64,000 bases of DNA from Azolla caroliniana (GCA_043228905.1 JBHGNT010000014.1:6634001-6698000); one strand, 5' to 3'. Numbered from the stretch's first letter, positions 14,184 to 26,436 are shown. Notes: generated by a model not told the origin, from the sequence alone. Numbers and translations are program-made.

Positions 14184-14766
14184 GGTTTTTCTACAAACTA
14201 CAGAGCTCAATGCATGAGCGAGTGATTGGGAATATGAGAAACAAATAAGACAAAGATGAGGCAAACAAGAATAGAAAATTGATGACCTCTACGTCTGTAA
14301 TGTTAAATTGATCTCTTTGAAATCAACTAGGAAAGAACCCCAATTTTTGGGTGTGAGATTCGACTACGATTTTTTCCTAAAACTAAAGAAATTCAAAATA
14401 GACATAGCAATTCAATCCCATGATCTACACGGTCTGACAAGCTAATAGGATTCCTACTGCCCCTAAAATCTATGATTAAGAATGAACTACTACAAATCAA
14501 GTCTACCTTGGGAGGATTCCAACAATAATACATTATGGAGATATATTTATTGAGGTAAGCGATGCCAATTTTCTTTTATGTTGATATGATGGACTTTTCT
14601 CTAGGTACACCAATGAAAGGACGCGAAGGGCAACAAACAATTCCACATTTATCAGACATGTGTAAAGAGCTTTGATGTCAAAGAAACATTGGGGATGGAA
14701 TTGCAACTTTTATAACATTACGGATGTACGATTCTTCAAAGGAAGGATGTCAAATTTCTTCTAGAT

Positions 14767-16442
14767 TTATACAATGGGATTTTTTCTAGGTACACAAATG
14801 AGAGGTTGAACACGGCGACAAACAATCCCACATTCATCCGTCATGTCTAAGGAGCTTTGTCCAGGAGGGAGCACAAGCTTCCAATCGTCAAATGCATGAA
14901 TTAGGTTTGCGAGAGTGACCTCCACAATAGGGAGGGCAAGGTTTATACCAGGGCACATTCTTCTCCCCGAGCCGAAGGGGAGGAGCTCAAAATGCTGGCC
15001 TTTGAGATCCATAGAGGTGTAAGCATCTTCGAAGAAACGCTCGGGTAAGAACTTGTCGGGGTCATCGTTCCAGACCTGAGGATCGCGGGCAATTGCCCAG
15101 ACGTTGACAAAGACCCTGGTCCCTTGTGGGATGGCATAGCCTCCCACATCTTGGCATGGGTGGAGGGACATGTGAGGGAACATGAGAGGTGAGGGAGGGT
15201 GCAAGCGCAATGTCTCCTTCACAACGGCCCGCAGGTACGGTAGGTGTGGGATATGGGAGAACTCGACATACCCTTCTCGCCCAACCACCATATTCAACTC
15301 CTCTCGAAGCTTCTGTGCCACACGTGGAGCGCTCAAAACTTCAGACATCCCCCAGTCTATGGTCTTGCCTGTTGAATGGCTCCCAGCAGCGAATAACTCC
15401 TGCAGTTGTATTTAACCACAAAGCATGAGCGACACTAAATAAATATATGGATCTGATGAAGCCACTTTGTATGCTTGCCTTTGCCTTTGCCTCTGCCTTG
15501 GTTTCAATAAAGCTATGACTCACTCACCATTATCAGGGCTTTGATCCCCCCTCTACTCAGTTTGTTTTCCGGCAGCAGCAGCATGTCCAGGATGTCTCGA
15601 CCCAACTCCTTCCCGACTACCGCATCCTTCTCCCGCTCGCTGATGACGTGATCCATGAAACTGTCGAACCGAGAATTCCAGTTTCTCATCGCAGCCTTTG
15701 TCTTGTAATCGAGAAACCCCAGGAAGGGTAAGAACTCGCTCACAAGGGGAGCACCAAGTAAATTCGTGAGGTCATGAATGAGTCGTGACAGGCTCAAATG
15801 TGTAGCAATGTTTGTCGTAGACTCATCGAAGAAATTTTCAGACCTTCGACGGACTATGATACGGCAGATGATGTCCTCAATGAGGCTCTCGATGCAAGCT
15901 GTTAGATTGACGGCATCGCCCGCATGGCTCGCGGGAACAAGCTGAGTCTCAATAAGCCGCCGAATCTCGTGGGGAACTATATCCATCTGGAACTCTCTGA
16001 TCCGGCGTGGGGTGAAAAGTTGGTCGATGTAAAGCTTCCGAATCTCTTTCCATTCATCAGCATAAGGGAGCAAAGTCACAATCTTTTCCCCATACTCATC
16101 ACCCATGAGGAGCCTCGCATTGATGAGGGGAGGACGGCTTGCAAACGTCTTGTCATGAGTATGAAGGAGAGCACGAGCAAGCGATGGGCTCGAGACGATG
16201 ATGACAGGTGTGGATCCGAGTTGAAGAGAAAATATGGGACCATATTGCTTGGCAAGCCTAGAAAAGTATCGGTGTCGGTTCGTGCCCACAATCATTACTT
16301 GCAGAAGATTGCCAAGAATGGGGAATGGAAAGGGGCCTGGTGGGAGGGTACGCAATCTTCTCCTAACCCATGTAATATGTCCTAACCATAAAACAATGAG
16401 AGTTGCCAAAGAGGCTAGGAAGATGCTCCATAGTGTCTCCAT
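14767..16442 (-). CDS. Cytochrome P450, CYP71 clan (A-type), 2 exons: 16442-15528 and 15399-14767, about 515 aa
   Basis: N-terminal TM anchor, PPGP hinge, WKEIR C-helix, phase-0 GT..AG intron 15400-15527 at the conserved A-type position, ETLR, PERF and FGSGRRMCPG heme motifs; no disablements; ATG at 16442 (ORF track starts at an upstream TTG). Confidence 0.95.
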
Positions 16443-19400
16443 TAATTGTTCCAAAACTAGATGGTGAAATGTAAGTAAGAAGAAGCCTACAACACCATCT
16501 TACTCAATTGAAGCACGAGCAATCAAAGTGTAAGCCACCCTCTGCAAACAAGTTCTATATGACTTTACCATTGATTGGCTTGCCATGGATAATCTATATG
16601 CTCTTAATAAAAGAAATGTGGGGAATGTTGATGGTCAAACTATGAATGGTCCCATTCATTTTGTGGTTATGAGAAAGGCCACATGTATTGTTGACATGTA
16701 AGCATTTAAAATAAAAACAAATGGATAGTTGCAAAGGACGTGCGACTTTACGACGCATAAAACATATAAGAAGTCTACTCTTGCTTACCTTGATAGAGTA
16801 CCCTTGAGCAAGCAACCTACAATTATTCGAAGGTCCGGGATCTTCTAAGAAATGTCCAATTATTCCCAACTCTTAGTCCATTTACTTTATTTTAACTCTT
16901 GTTAATTGCCATAGCACAAATATAAGACGTTTTCATAGATGTGCATAATATTGTGGAACTATAGTAGAAATTTCCATCTACATCTATAATCAAAATGAAT
17001 GTAACATTGACTCGAACACCTCCATAACATTGTTGAATGATGTTACCATCTTTTGTGGAAAATGGAATTGATGTTATATAACTTTACGCAATATCATAAC
17101 TTTTGGGTGCATATACAGATTTATACTATGCTTCTAAATTTGTAAAGTTATTAGTTTGTGGAACATGAGCCAAATACAACCAAGAAATGTTTGTCACACT
17201 ATTGGCCATTAGATAGACCATGTCAAGCATGAAACCGATAACTAATGTCCCGACTAAAGATAATGGTCCAACAATTTAACTTTCATCATTCATCAATGGA
17301 ACCAATGTAAGCCTAGATATTAACTTTTCTGAAATTGGAGGAGAATGCGAAAGTCTCCAAGTAATGTGATTTAAAATATTTGCCTAGATCTCATTCCTCA
17401 TTCCTCATATGGATGGAGCTCATACTTAAACAAAGTGTTTGAATCCTAACTACCTCTAGGGACAAAAATTTGGGATTGATTTGAGGTAAAGTCTACCCCC
17501 ATACTGATGATACCTTTGAAACAAGATTAAATACTTCTACTAATATGCCTATAAGTAAAAGATATGGTAACCTTGTGAAATTTTGGCGGCATAGTATCAT
17601 CAATGATGTCATCCTCTCCTAGGGCTTTTCCAATTTGTATATTTCCTTGTTTCCTTAACCCCGTCATGCCAACCATTCATAAGTAGAAAATCCCCTTCAC
17701 TCAATATAAGTGTCCCTACATTAGTTGTGTATCTCCCAAATGATAATGCAACCTTTTCCTTCTCAAAACTTTGGGATAGGGAGGTTCAATTTTGTTACAA
17801 TAGATCTACTATTCTTTTCTCTTGAATCCTAGTAGGAACGAATGTTACTTGGCAATTTGAAACGCAAGACTCTGCAAAACTTTCATCCATGGAAGCTAGA
17901 TTTAATGTAGCAGTAACATTATCAATGAAAGAACTATGCTTGAAACTCCAGTTAAAAAGTTTACTCTCTACAAGTCATCCTTGTTAAAGAATCTAACACT
18001 ATCAAGAGCTTATAAAGAATCTAACACTTTAAACGATACCCCAGAGTTCGCGTTTAACCTGGCCGTATCCTCGCTGTCGCTCACTGAGGACCTTCGCGCC
18101 GAACCGGATAGGGAACCGAATGCCGTCCTCATCTTCTTGCTTGACGACCCATCCGATCCCGGTCGAACTCGTATCTACCGTTATGTAAACGGGAGTGCCT
18201 TTCTCGTAGACAGCCTTCCAGAGTGCCGGGGCTGCAGCAAGAGCCTCCTTCATCTTTCGCACCGACTCCGTATGCTCGTCTCGCCACTCGAATTTTCGCC
18301 CCTTTTTCAGCAACCCGTATAGCGGCTCGGCAACGTGGGCGTAATGCGGGATCCATATGTGGTAGAACGCGCATTCTCCCAAGAACCTCCGTACCTCCGT
18401 CACCGAGTTACAGTCGGGCTTCATTGCGGAGATGGCTTCCACCTTTGCCGGGGACGGTTTCCCCGCATAGATGTCTGACGACCATGATCTCTGATTGCCC
18501 GAAGGCCGATTTTTCCCTGGAGAAGGTGAGCCTCGCGTCCTCTAGACTCTGCAACACCCTCTCGCAGTCGTCAATGTGTGTCGCCACGAATTTCCGACAT
18601 TCGTCCGGTCTGATCGTCCTTTTCTTCCACCAGACATCCTTTGATCGGGATGTCGTCCAAGAATGGCATGGTGATGTCCGGGATACAATCCCTCAGCACC
18701 TTGTTCATCGCATTCACCATGTGGGCCACTGAGTTCGTCCCTCCTTGTGGCAGGGTACACATCCGCACTAGGCCGAGAGGAGTCCGCATCGTGTTAATGT
18801 CTCTACTCTCTACGGCTAGTTGGAATTTATCGTACCCTGAGTACAGATCTCTGACCGAGTAGATCGACCTTCCGGCGAAGGCCTCTGCGAACTCGTCTAT
18901 TGTCGGTCTGATTCCTGCGTTCCGAATGGTCACTTTGTTGACCGGTTGCAGGTCTTGAATGAAGCGCAACGTCCCGTTCTTCTTCGGTACTGTAAACCAC
19001 CGGTTTGAGTACGGGGCACTCGACGGTTCGAGGATGCCCATATCGATTTTCTGCCTCAACAGCTCCATCAGCTCCGGGATGTGAGCTCTCGGTACCGGAA
19101 TCGGTTTGAGATTCCACAGCACATGCGGTACCGTGAATATCACCATCGGCTTTACGACTGTCGGGTCTACGCACCCGATTTCTTCCGGTGAGAATGCGAA
19201 GGCTTTCCCGTACCTTCCGAGCATTCTCCGAAACCAGTCTTCTTCCGCCGGCAGTAGGAACCCGCCCCCACCGATTTTGAGCTCCCGTAGCGTTCTGTCG
19301 GTGAAGGGGTGTCCTATGCAAGCCGGATCACATAAACTGGGGTCCGACGCGACCCCCTTGATTCGCAACTCGCTGCCCTCCGGTAAGGGTGCCGCAACTG

Positions 19401-22080
19401 GCCTTACCTTCCGATCCTCAGTCTTGTACTTCGTGTTAACCCGGGCCGTCCGATCCGACTCGAGCCCTCGAATGAAGTCCGCGATGACTTCATACATCTC
19501 TTCTGAACAAACCGGTATCATCCGGTCCTCTTTAAGGCCCTCTCCGACCAGCTCTCGCAGTATTCCCAAGGTATCGTCGAAGGAGACCGCCTCCACGGCT
19601 CCGTTGATTTCCTCGCTAGGCCCGAGAACTCCGCACGCCCGAAGTCGCTCTTCCGCCCTTGTCTTTTCTCGGCCTACGACGCCGACTATCATACACCCTC
19701 CGTTGTCGGAGAAACAAAACTTCCTACTTATGGTACAAGGTTTCTTCGGTTTCGCTTCTATCGTACATTTGTGGGGTTTTCCCGGAGTGTCCGGACTGTC
19801 GCGGCCCCACGCCTTGGCAGCCCTCTCTAAAAATCCTCTCGGTTCTCGCCACCGAGGGACTCGCGGTTTCACTCGTGGTTCGGTCGCACCGTCAGGAACT
19901 AGACCGAATGACGCCCGTCCTGACTTTTGACCCTCGCGTAAGCTGACCCGTTGTCCAGCACCTTGGTCTCCATTCGCGCTGCCGTAATGTACGGTTCCCC
20001 TAGTATGACCGGGTGCGAGGACGTTTCCTGCACAAAGAAGTGCTGGTCTATCTTGACGTCGCCGATCTTGACTCGCACGTTTGGGCAGGCCCCGTGTAGC
20101 TCCTCGGTGGTGCGCGTCGCCGCCCGTATCTTCCACCCGTGCTTAGTGTTGATCGGCCATTTCCCCTTCTTGTAGAAGTCCATGGTCATCAGGTTTATTT
20201 CCGAACCGTGGTCCACCAGCGCCACCACCGGTTCCTGAACATCCCCGATCTTCACCGGGGTTTCCATGGTCGCTCGGGCCCAGTGTGGCCTCGAATAGTG
20301 GCTCTCCGCCCACTCATCTTCCAGCGCCATGTCCTCTATGTGCGCCGTCCGCACTTCCACCGGCCTTTCCGGTTCTGCCTCCGTCAACAGCCTCTTCTTC
20401 TTCACCAAGTCCACGATGGAGTCGTGGAACTCTTTCTTGGCGATCCCGAGCACCTCCCGCAACGACAGTTCCACCTTGTTGTCGAGGATTCGTTCTTCCA
20501 GGACCTTTCGTAGGTCCGTGGTCCTTTCGATCTCCGTGCCCAAACGGTATCCGCCCTTCTTGTGGTTATCCCGGGCACTGGACTCACCGGCCTCATTCCG
20601 TTTCGGCCCGAATCGGGTTTCGTATCTCTGTGAGGGTCCGGCCCCTCCGATCTTACCTACCCGTTTGTCTTCAACCAGAGCCTCATAGTTTTGGCAAGCT
20701 GCTTCGACGAAACCCGTCTTTTCTTCGACCGGGTCACTCCACCCGGTTACCTCCTGGACCCGCTTCTCCGCGCGGTCCGCCTCATCTCTCTTCAGTCGAG
20801 CACCGGCGAGGCCTTCCAGCACCGTCGGCCAGAACTCGGTTTCCAGTAAGGAGCCAACTTGCCCCCGATCCCGTGCGTCAACCGATTTGACAAATAGTAG
20901 GACACGACTTGTGTCCAGAACGGTCCGATCGAGCGCCGAAAGGCGCGCAAAGTGTTCCTCAAACTCCCGGAGGAGTACCGACGCATTTCTTCCTTTGTTG
21001 GGGGACTCCACCCACTCCATGAAGCTCCGCTTCGAAAGTCGAAGCGCGTCATCCAGCCCGTATTTCCCCAGGAGCCGTCCTTCGAACTCCTCCCAAGTCC
21101 GGCTCTCCGCCCGGACCTCGAGCACCTTCACATGGATGCCTGGCATCGCCACTCAAGGGAATCCGCCAAGACACCTCTCTTCCGGAATATCCCTCATCAA
21201 CATCTCCGCCCGGTAGGACGCCAAATAACTCGTGGCATCCTTTCCACTGAACCGGCCAATCATACCGACGATCGCCTCAATAGCCCTGTCAAGGGCGTCG
21301 GTACCCTTGTGTGCGCTCACTATCCGGTCCACGGCCGAAGGCATGGCCTCTGCAAGATCCGACCCCCTCATCTTCTGCTCCTCTGCCGCCTGTTTCACGT
21401 CGGGTTCACCAAATATGTCGCATTACTACGCGCATGCGTGGAGAAACGAGGCGGCACCACCGGGGTCTTGAACCGAAGAGCAGGTGATAGAAGGGGAAAG
21501 AGAAAGAGAGAGGCGCCATATCACGTATGAGCAAAGAAACACAGGGGGGCATGGCCTGTCAACACAGAAGACGCGAACGGACACAGAGACAGGGAGACAC
21601 AAGTGTTTGTATATTAACGAATAACAAGAACACAACAGAGCACGTGAGCGGTTACGACCGAACAGGCCGGCAAACAGATGTCGATGCCTGTTCGTCTGCG
21701 CATGTAAAGGGGATAGGATGGAGGTGCTGCCAGAAGCACACGGGCGTTCCTCGAAGCAACGCGAGCCTCCCGAAACCTGCAGAGAAGAGCAATAGAGAAC
21801 AGACAGAGGAGAAGCGTTCGGTCCCGGTCCGACAGCACTTCGTCCTCCTCAATGCGCGATCCCTTCTCCCTGCGTCTCCCTCTCCTTTATAGCGTTGTCG
21901 GGGTAGTTGTGGTTCGTGTGGCAAAGTCGCGGGGACTAAGGTTAAGGGGAGTTGAAGAAACTTAACTTTTAATAAGGCTTGTATGGTGATGATAGAATGG
22001 TTAAGGATAGTAAGAAGAAGAGTTACGAGTAATGTGTGTGTGTATGTGTGAGGGAGAGAGAGAGACAAGCATAGATAAAA

Positions 22081-22170
22081 GATAGAGACAATGTATGATT
22101 CAAGAAAGAAGATCAAGACAAAGTATGATTCTAGAAAGAAGATTGAGACAAAGTATGATTCAAGGAACAA
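22081..22170. repeat. 30-bp tandem repeat x3 inside LTR (second copy about 25148-25237)
   Basis: Unit GATnRAGACAAWGTATGATTCWAGAAAGAA repeated three times. Confidence 0.9.
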
Positions 22171-22573
22171 GAGTATATGATATAAACATGATGTATATTA
22201 AAATATATAATATTTTACCAACTTTACAATCCTTGACCGCAAACTGAACACATTCTCTATCGACCCTTGATTTGAACCCACGACCTCAACTTCGAAACGA
22301 GAGGTTCTCCACCCAATGAGCTAGTCTTCTTTAATTGATTGTATTATTTTCTCACTCTCTCTTGATTCCCTTCTTGTTTTCCTTGCCCCTCTTTTTATAA
22401 GTATTTCCATGCATATGGTAATGGCATTCATGTAATGCATGAGTTACATCTTATGCATGATCGCCATTTGGCGCACATGCATTGCATGTGATGCATGATA
22501 GCCATCATGCTCATTTGAGCTCCCATGTATTGGGATAAGTATAATGATGGATATAACCCTAAAACAAATAGTC

Positions 22574-22636
22574 TAGCTTAGTGGTGTATGCTTTGTGCTT
22601 GATATACAAGGTTGAGGGTTCAAGTCCCTCTATTTT
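22574..22636 (+). promoter_or_regulatory. tRNA-like Pol III type-2 promoter module in LTR
   Basis: A box TAGCTTAGTGG 22574-22584, B box GGTTCAAGTCC 22617-22627, 32-nt spacing, perfect T-arm GAGGG-TTCAAGT-CCCTC, TTTT at 22633-22636; no acceptor stem. Confidence 0.75.
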
Positions 22637-25600
22637 ACTTAATACAATATTTAAGTTTATTCTTATATAGTGAAGCACATTCTTGACAACATTTCTAAAA
22701 ACAAATAGCCTACCCTATTGGTATATACATTGTGCTTGGCTTATAAGGTTGTAGGTTCAAGTGTTTGAAATATTACTGAATTCAATATTTAAATTTATTT
22801 TTATATCGTGAAGCAAATCCTTCACGACACCCACCCCCTCTGAACTTGCACACTGGTTGTGCAAAGTTCATCCAAAATCTTGAAAAAACTCTTCATTCCG
22901 TTTTTGAACTGGATGTTCCCTCCACCATTCTTTGTTTCTTTCACGATTAGACGTCATGGTTAAGAACTGGCCCCTCTTCCTTCCATCCTAACTCTTGATC
23001 CTCACGAAAGTCGAATCATCATTAATCACAGTTGTTTCCATCCTTACTACGTTGATGTATGGTTCACCATCCATTGTTTCCATACTCACTACGCTGATGT
23101 ATGGTTGACCAAGGATGACGGGGTAGGTTGATCTATCTTGCACATAGTAATTTTGATCCACCAACACATCTCCCATTGTTGCTTTAACATTAGGACATGC
23201 TCGGAATAGATCCTCCATTGTCTTTGTCGCAACTCTTATCTTCCACCCATGGTTCTTATTGATTGGCCACTTTCCTTCATCATAACACTTCGACGACATC
23301 ATGTTGATTTTCAATCCATGATCTATCAAAGCAATACAAGGAATCTGTTGCTCCCCAATTTTTGTAGGCACCTCCGTTGTTGCTTGAGCACAATGGTTCC
23401 TTGTATAATGACTCTTGTCCCCTTCATGAATCCCAACATCATTTATCTTCTTTACACTTGCAATATTGATGATGCCATGATCCAAATCTTGGAGTGTTGC
23501 TGCACACCCTCTCGTAACTTCCTCTGTCACATGTTTTATATCCGTCGTGGCTTCTATGTCCGAAGCAAGATTAAAAGTTGGGTTTGTCTTCCCTTTGACT
23601 TTATCAACTTCTTTCGACTCAGGAGCATCCTTTTCCATCTCCCTTCTCTCTTGTTCTTGTGTCTCATGTCTCTTTGTCGGATCAGCTTCCTCAGCTCTCT
23701 TCCGCTTCTCTTCCACTAGCACATCTTGTGCATTCACTTGGGCGAATGTTGATAGCGCGTCTACTGGATCATTCCATCCAGTGAAGTGTCGTATTTCATC
23801 TCCCGCTCTTTTTAATTCATCCACTCGAACCTTCCCTTTTCTTGCATACTCCATCACACCCTGCCAAAAGTCAGATCCACCATATGAGTCTTCTACACGC
23901 AACCCTAAGGTTGCTAAGGTTGTCACGGATTGTATCTCTTGAGTCGTTACTCTCTCAGAATCTTCCATTAGCTTTTTCATTCCACCTTTCCCAAAGTTGA
24001 GTTGGATTGGTTGTTGAGTCTTTGTCGAGTGAATCTTTCCATCTTGATAGTAGATTTTATCATGATTAAGAGAATCCCTATGTTCTTGACAATCTTTCTT
24101 TTGGTGGTCGACACTATTACACCACATGTGTACACCTTCGGACCATTCCACCTCCCTGCCTTGATGAAGTTGAGCTTTGTCCCGATTCTAGCTTCGTCAC
24201 TTTGATCGACAAGTCTTTCATGCCTTTCACCAATTCATGTAAGAGTGATTCTTTTACTTTCTTTTCTCCCGACTCGTTCCCCGTTTCTTCATCATTTCTG
24301 TCGGGCAACTCCATAAACCATAACTTTCTTTTGCAGAAATGGGCGCACGCCCTTTTCATCTCCTCCCAGTCTTCGGTAAGTCCACTTGGACTATTCTGAT
24401 CTTCTAAAAGCATTCCCAAGTCCTTCCTGTCTTTAATATTAGTAGCTTGTAGAAACAATATGACTTTATCTGGCACTATTATATTTCTATCTCTAACATT
24501 TAGTTGCTCAAATCTTTCAGAAAACTCTTTTAATACTTCCAAAACACTTAAATGTTTATTAGACTCTACCCAATCCATGAAAGCTCGCCTTGTCATCCTT
24601 GACATATCGTTGAGGTTGTATTCATTGAGTAATGCCCTTTCGAATGTTGTCCATGTCTGATTCTCCCTTTGGAGCTCTTGGATCCTCTCTTGTAGCCCAA
24701 TCGCAGCGACTCGACTAAAGCTATTAATTTTTGTAGCTTCGTCGACACCGCGTTTAAGCATTTCTTCATTATAAATCTTCAGAAATCTTGTTAAATTTAT
24801 ACCTTCGAAGATTCCTACTCGTGGGAGAATATTGTCGACGGCTTTGTCGATACTTGCCATCATCCCTTGTTGCCGCATCACTCGTTCCATCATCGTACAC
24901 ATAAGCCTCATTTGCTCCTCCATTTCTCCTCGTCGCCGCCTTCACGTCGGGTTCACCAAATGTGTCGGGGTAGTTGTGGTTCGTGCGGCAAAGTCGCGGG
25001 GACTAAGGTTAAGGGGAGTTGAAGAAACTTAACTTTTAATAAGGCTTGTATGGTGATGATAGAATGGTTAAGGATAGTAAGAAGAAGAGTTACGAGTAAT
25101 GTGTGTGTGTATGTGTGAGGGAGAGAGAGAGACAAGCATAGATAAAAGATAGAGACAATGTATGATTCAAGAAAGAAGATCGAGACAAAGTATGATTCTA
25201 GAAAGAAGATTGAGACAAAGTATGATTCAAGGAACAAGAGTATATGATATAAACATGATGTATATTAAAAATATAATATTTTACCAACTTTACAATCCTT
25301 GACCGCAAACTGAACACATTCTCTATCGACCCTTGATTTGAACCCACGACCTCAACTTCGAAACGAGAGGTTCTCCACCCAATGAGCTAGTCTTCTTTAA
25401 TTGATTATATTATTTTCTCACTCTCTCTTGATTCCCTTCTTGTTTTCCTTGCCCCTCTTTTTATAAGTATTTCCATGCATATGGTAATGGCATTCATGTA
25501 ATGCATGAGTTACATCTTATGCATGATCGCCATTTGGCGCACATGCATTGCATGTGATGCATGATAGCCATCATGCTCATTTGAGCTCCCATGTATTGGG

Positions 25601-26069
25601 ATAAGTATAATGATGGATATAACCCTAAAACAAATAGCCTAGCTTAGTGGTGTATGCTTTGTGCTTGATATACAAGGTTGAGGGTTCAAGTCCCTCAATT
25701 TTACTTAATACAATATTTAAGTTTATTCTTATATAGTGAAGCACATTCTTGACAACATTTCTAAAAACAAATAGCCTACCCTATTGGTATATACATTGTG
25801 CTTGGCTTATAAGGTTGTAGGTTCAAGTGTTTGAAATATTACTGAATTCAATATTTAAATTTATTTTTATATCGTGAAGCAAATCCTTCACGACAGCGTC
25901 AAGAAGGGAGCCGTCTCCCTCATTTACTTCCTACCTACCGAATCTAACTACCCAGGATCTCTCTATGAACCTAATTCTCTATTATATCCATTAAGAGCGC
26001 GCACACGTGAAGGGCCGGTTCATGTGCGCTATTCACCGATTGTGCCAAGGGACGGTTTTCTTCACGACA

Positions 26070-26259
26070 GCGTGCCACGATGGAGGAAGAGATGCACGCA
26101 TTGGCGGAGAACGAGACCTGGGACCTGGTTGACGCACCAAAAGGGGTAAAACCGATCGGGTGTAGGTGGGTGTACAAGGTCAAGTACAACACCGATGGCT
26201 CGGTCAACCAGTACAAGGCTCGGCTGGTGGCAAAGGGCTACGCGCAGAAACATGGCATC
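26070..26259 (+). mobile_element. Copia RT N-terminal fragment
   Basis: MEEEMHALAENETWDLV...GCRWVYKVK...YKARLVAKGYAQ. Confidence 0.9.
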
Positions 26260-26388
26260 TGTCAGGAACTCTATTAAGGCAGAGAAGGAATTAGTACTAA
26301 AAGAAGGATTAGTACTATTGTTGGGGAATAGTACTAAGACAGAGAAGGATTAGTACTATGAGAGGTGTCGAACTTTGAGAGAAGGAAT

Positions 26389-26436
<48 letters not shown>

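Larger units (their letters stand above)
21896..25895 (-). mobile_element. Non-autonomous Gag-protease-only LTR element (TR-GAG type), 4.0 kb
   Basis: Near-identical LTRs 21896-22829 and 24963-25895; Trp PBS 24942-24958; PPT GAGGGGGTGGG 22840-22830; 4-bp TSD GCGT; ORFs 24923-24117 (gag) and 24151-22988 (zinc knuckle, protease); no RT/RH/INT. Confidence 0.93.
18033..26069 (-). mobile_element. tRNA-Trp-primed Ty3/Gypsy, 3'-truncated in RNase H; 5' LTR split by an insertion
   Basis: 5' LTR = 26069-25900 plus 21895-21416; PBS TGGTGAACCCGACGTGA 21411-21395; gag, LVDHGSEIN protease, PFLDDIPIKG RT, ITVDTS RNase H; frameshifted; no integrase or 3' LTR. Confidence 0.9.

Noticed and set aside
4573-14524. 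Older solo LTR (TGTTAGG...TTCCAACA) hosting Copia A
   Set aside because: Flanks ATGGA/ATAAT do not match and there is no second copy for support
19106-21530. Long plus-strand ORFs opposite the Trp-primed Gypsy
   Set aside because: Antisense shadows of GC-rich gag/pol with no recognisable domains
22081-22170. CRISPR-like 30-bp repeats
   Set aside because: Head-to-tail with no spacers, inside a eukaryotic LTR, and no cas genes
22567-22640. Functional tRNA gene
   Set aside because: No 7-bp acceptor stem and no confident anticodon; reported only as a tRNA-like promoter module
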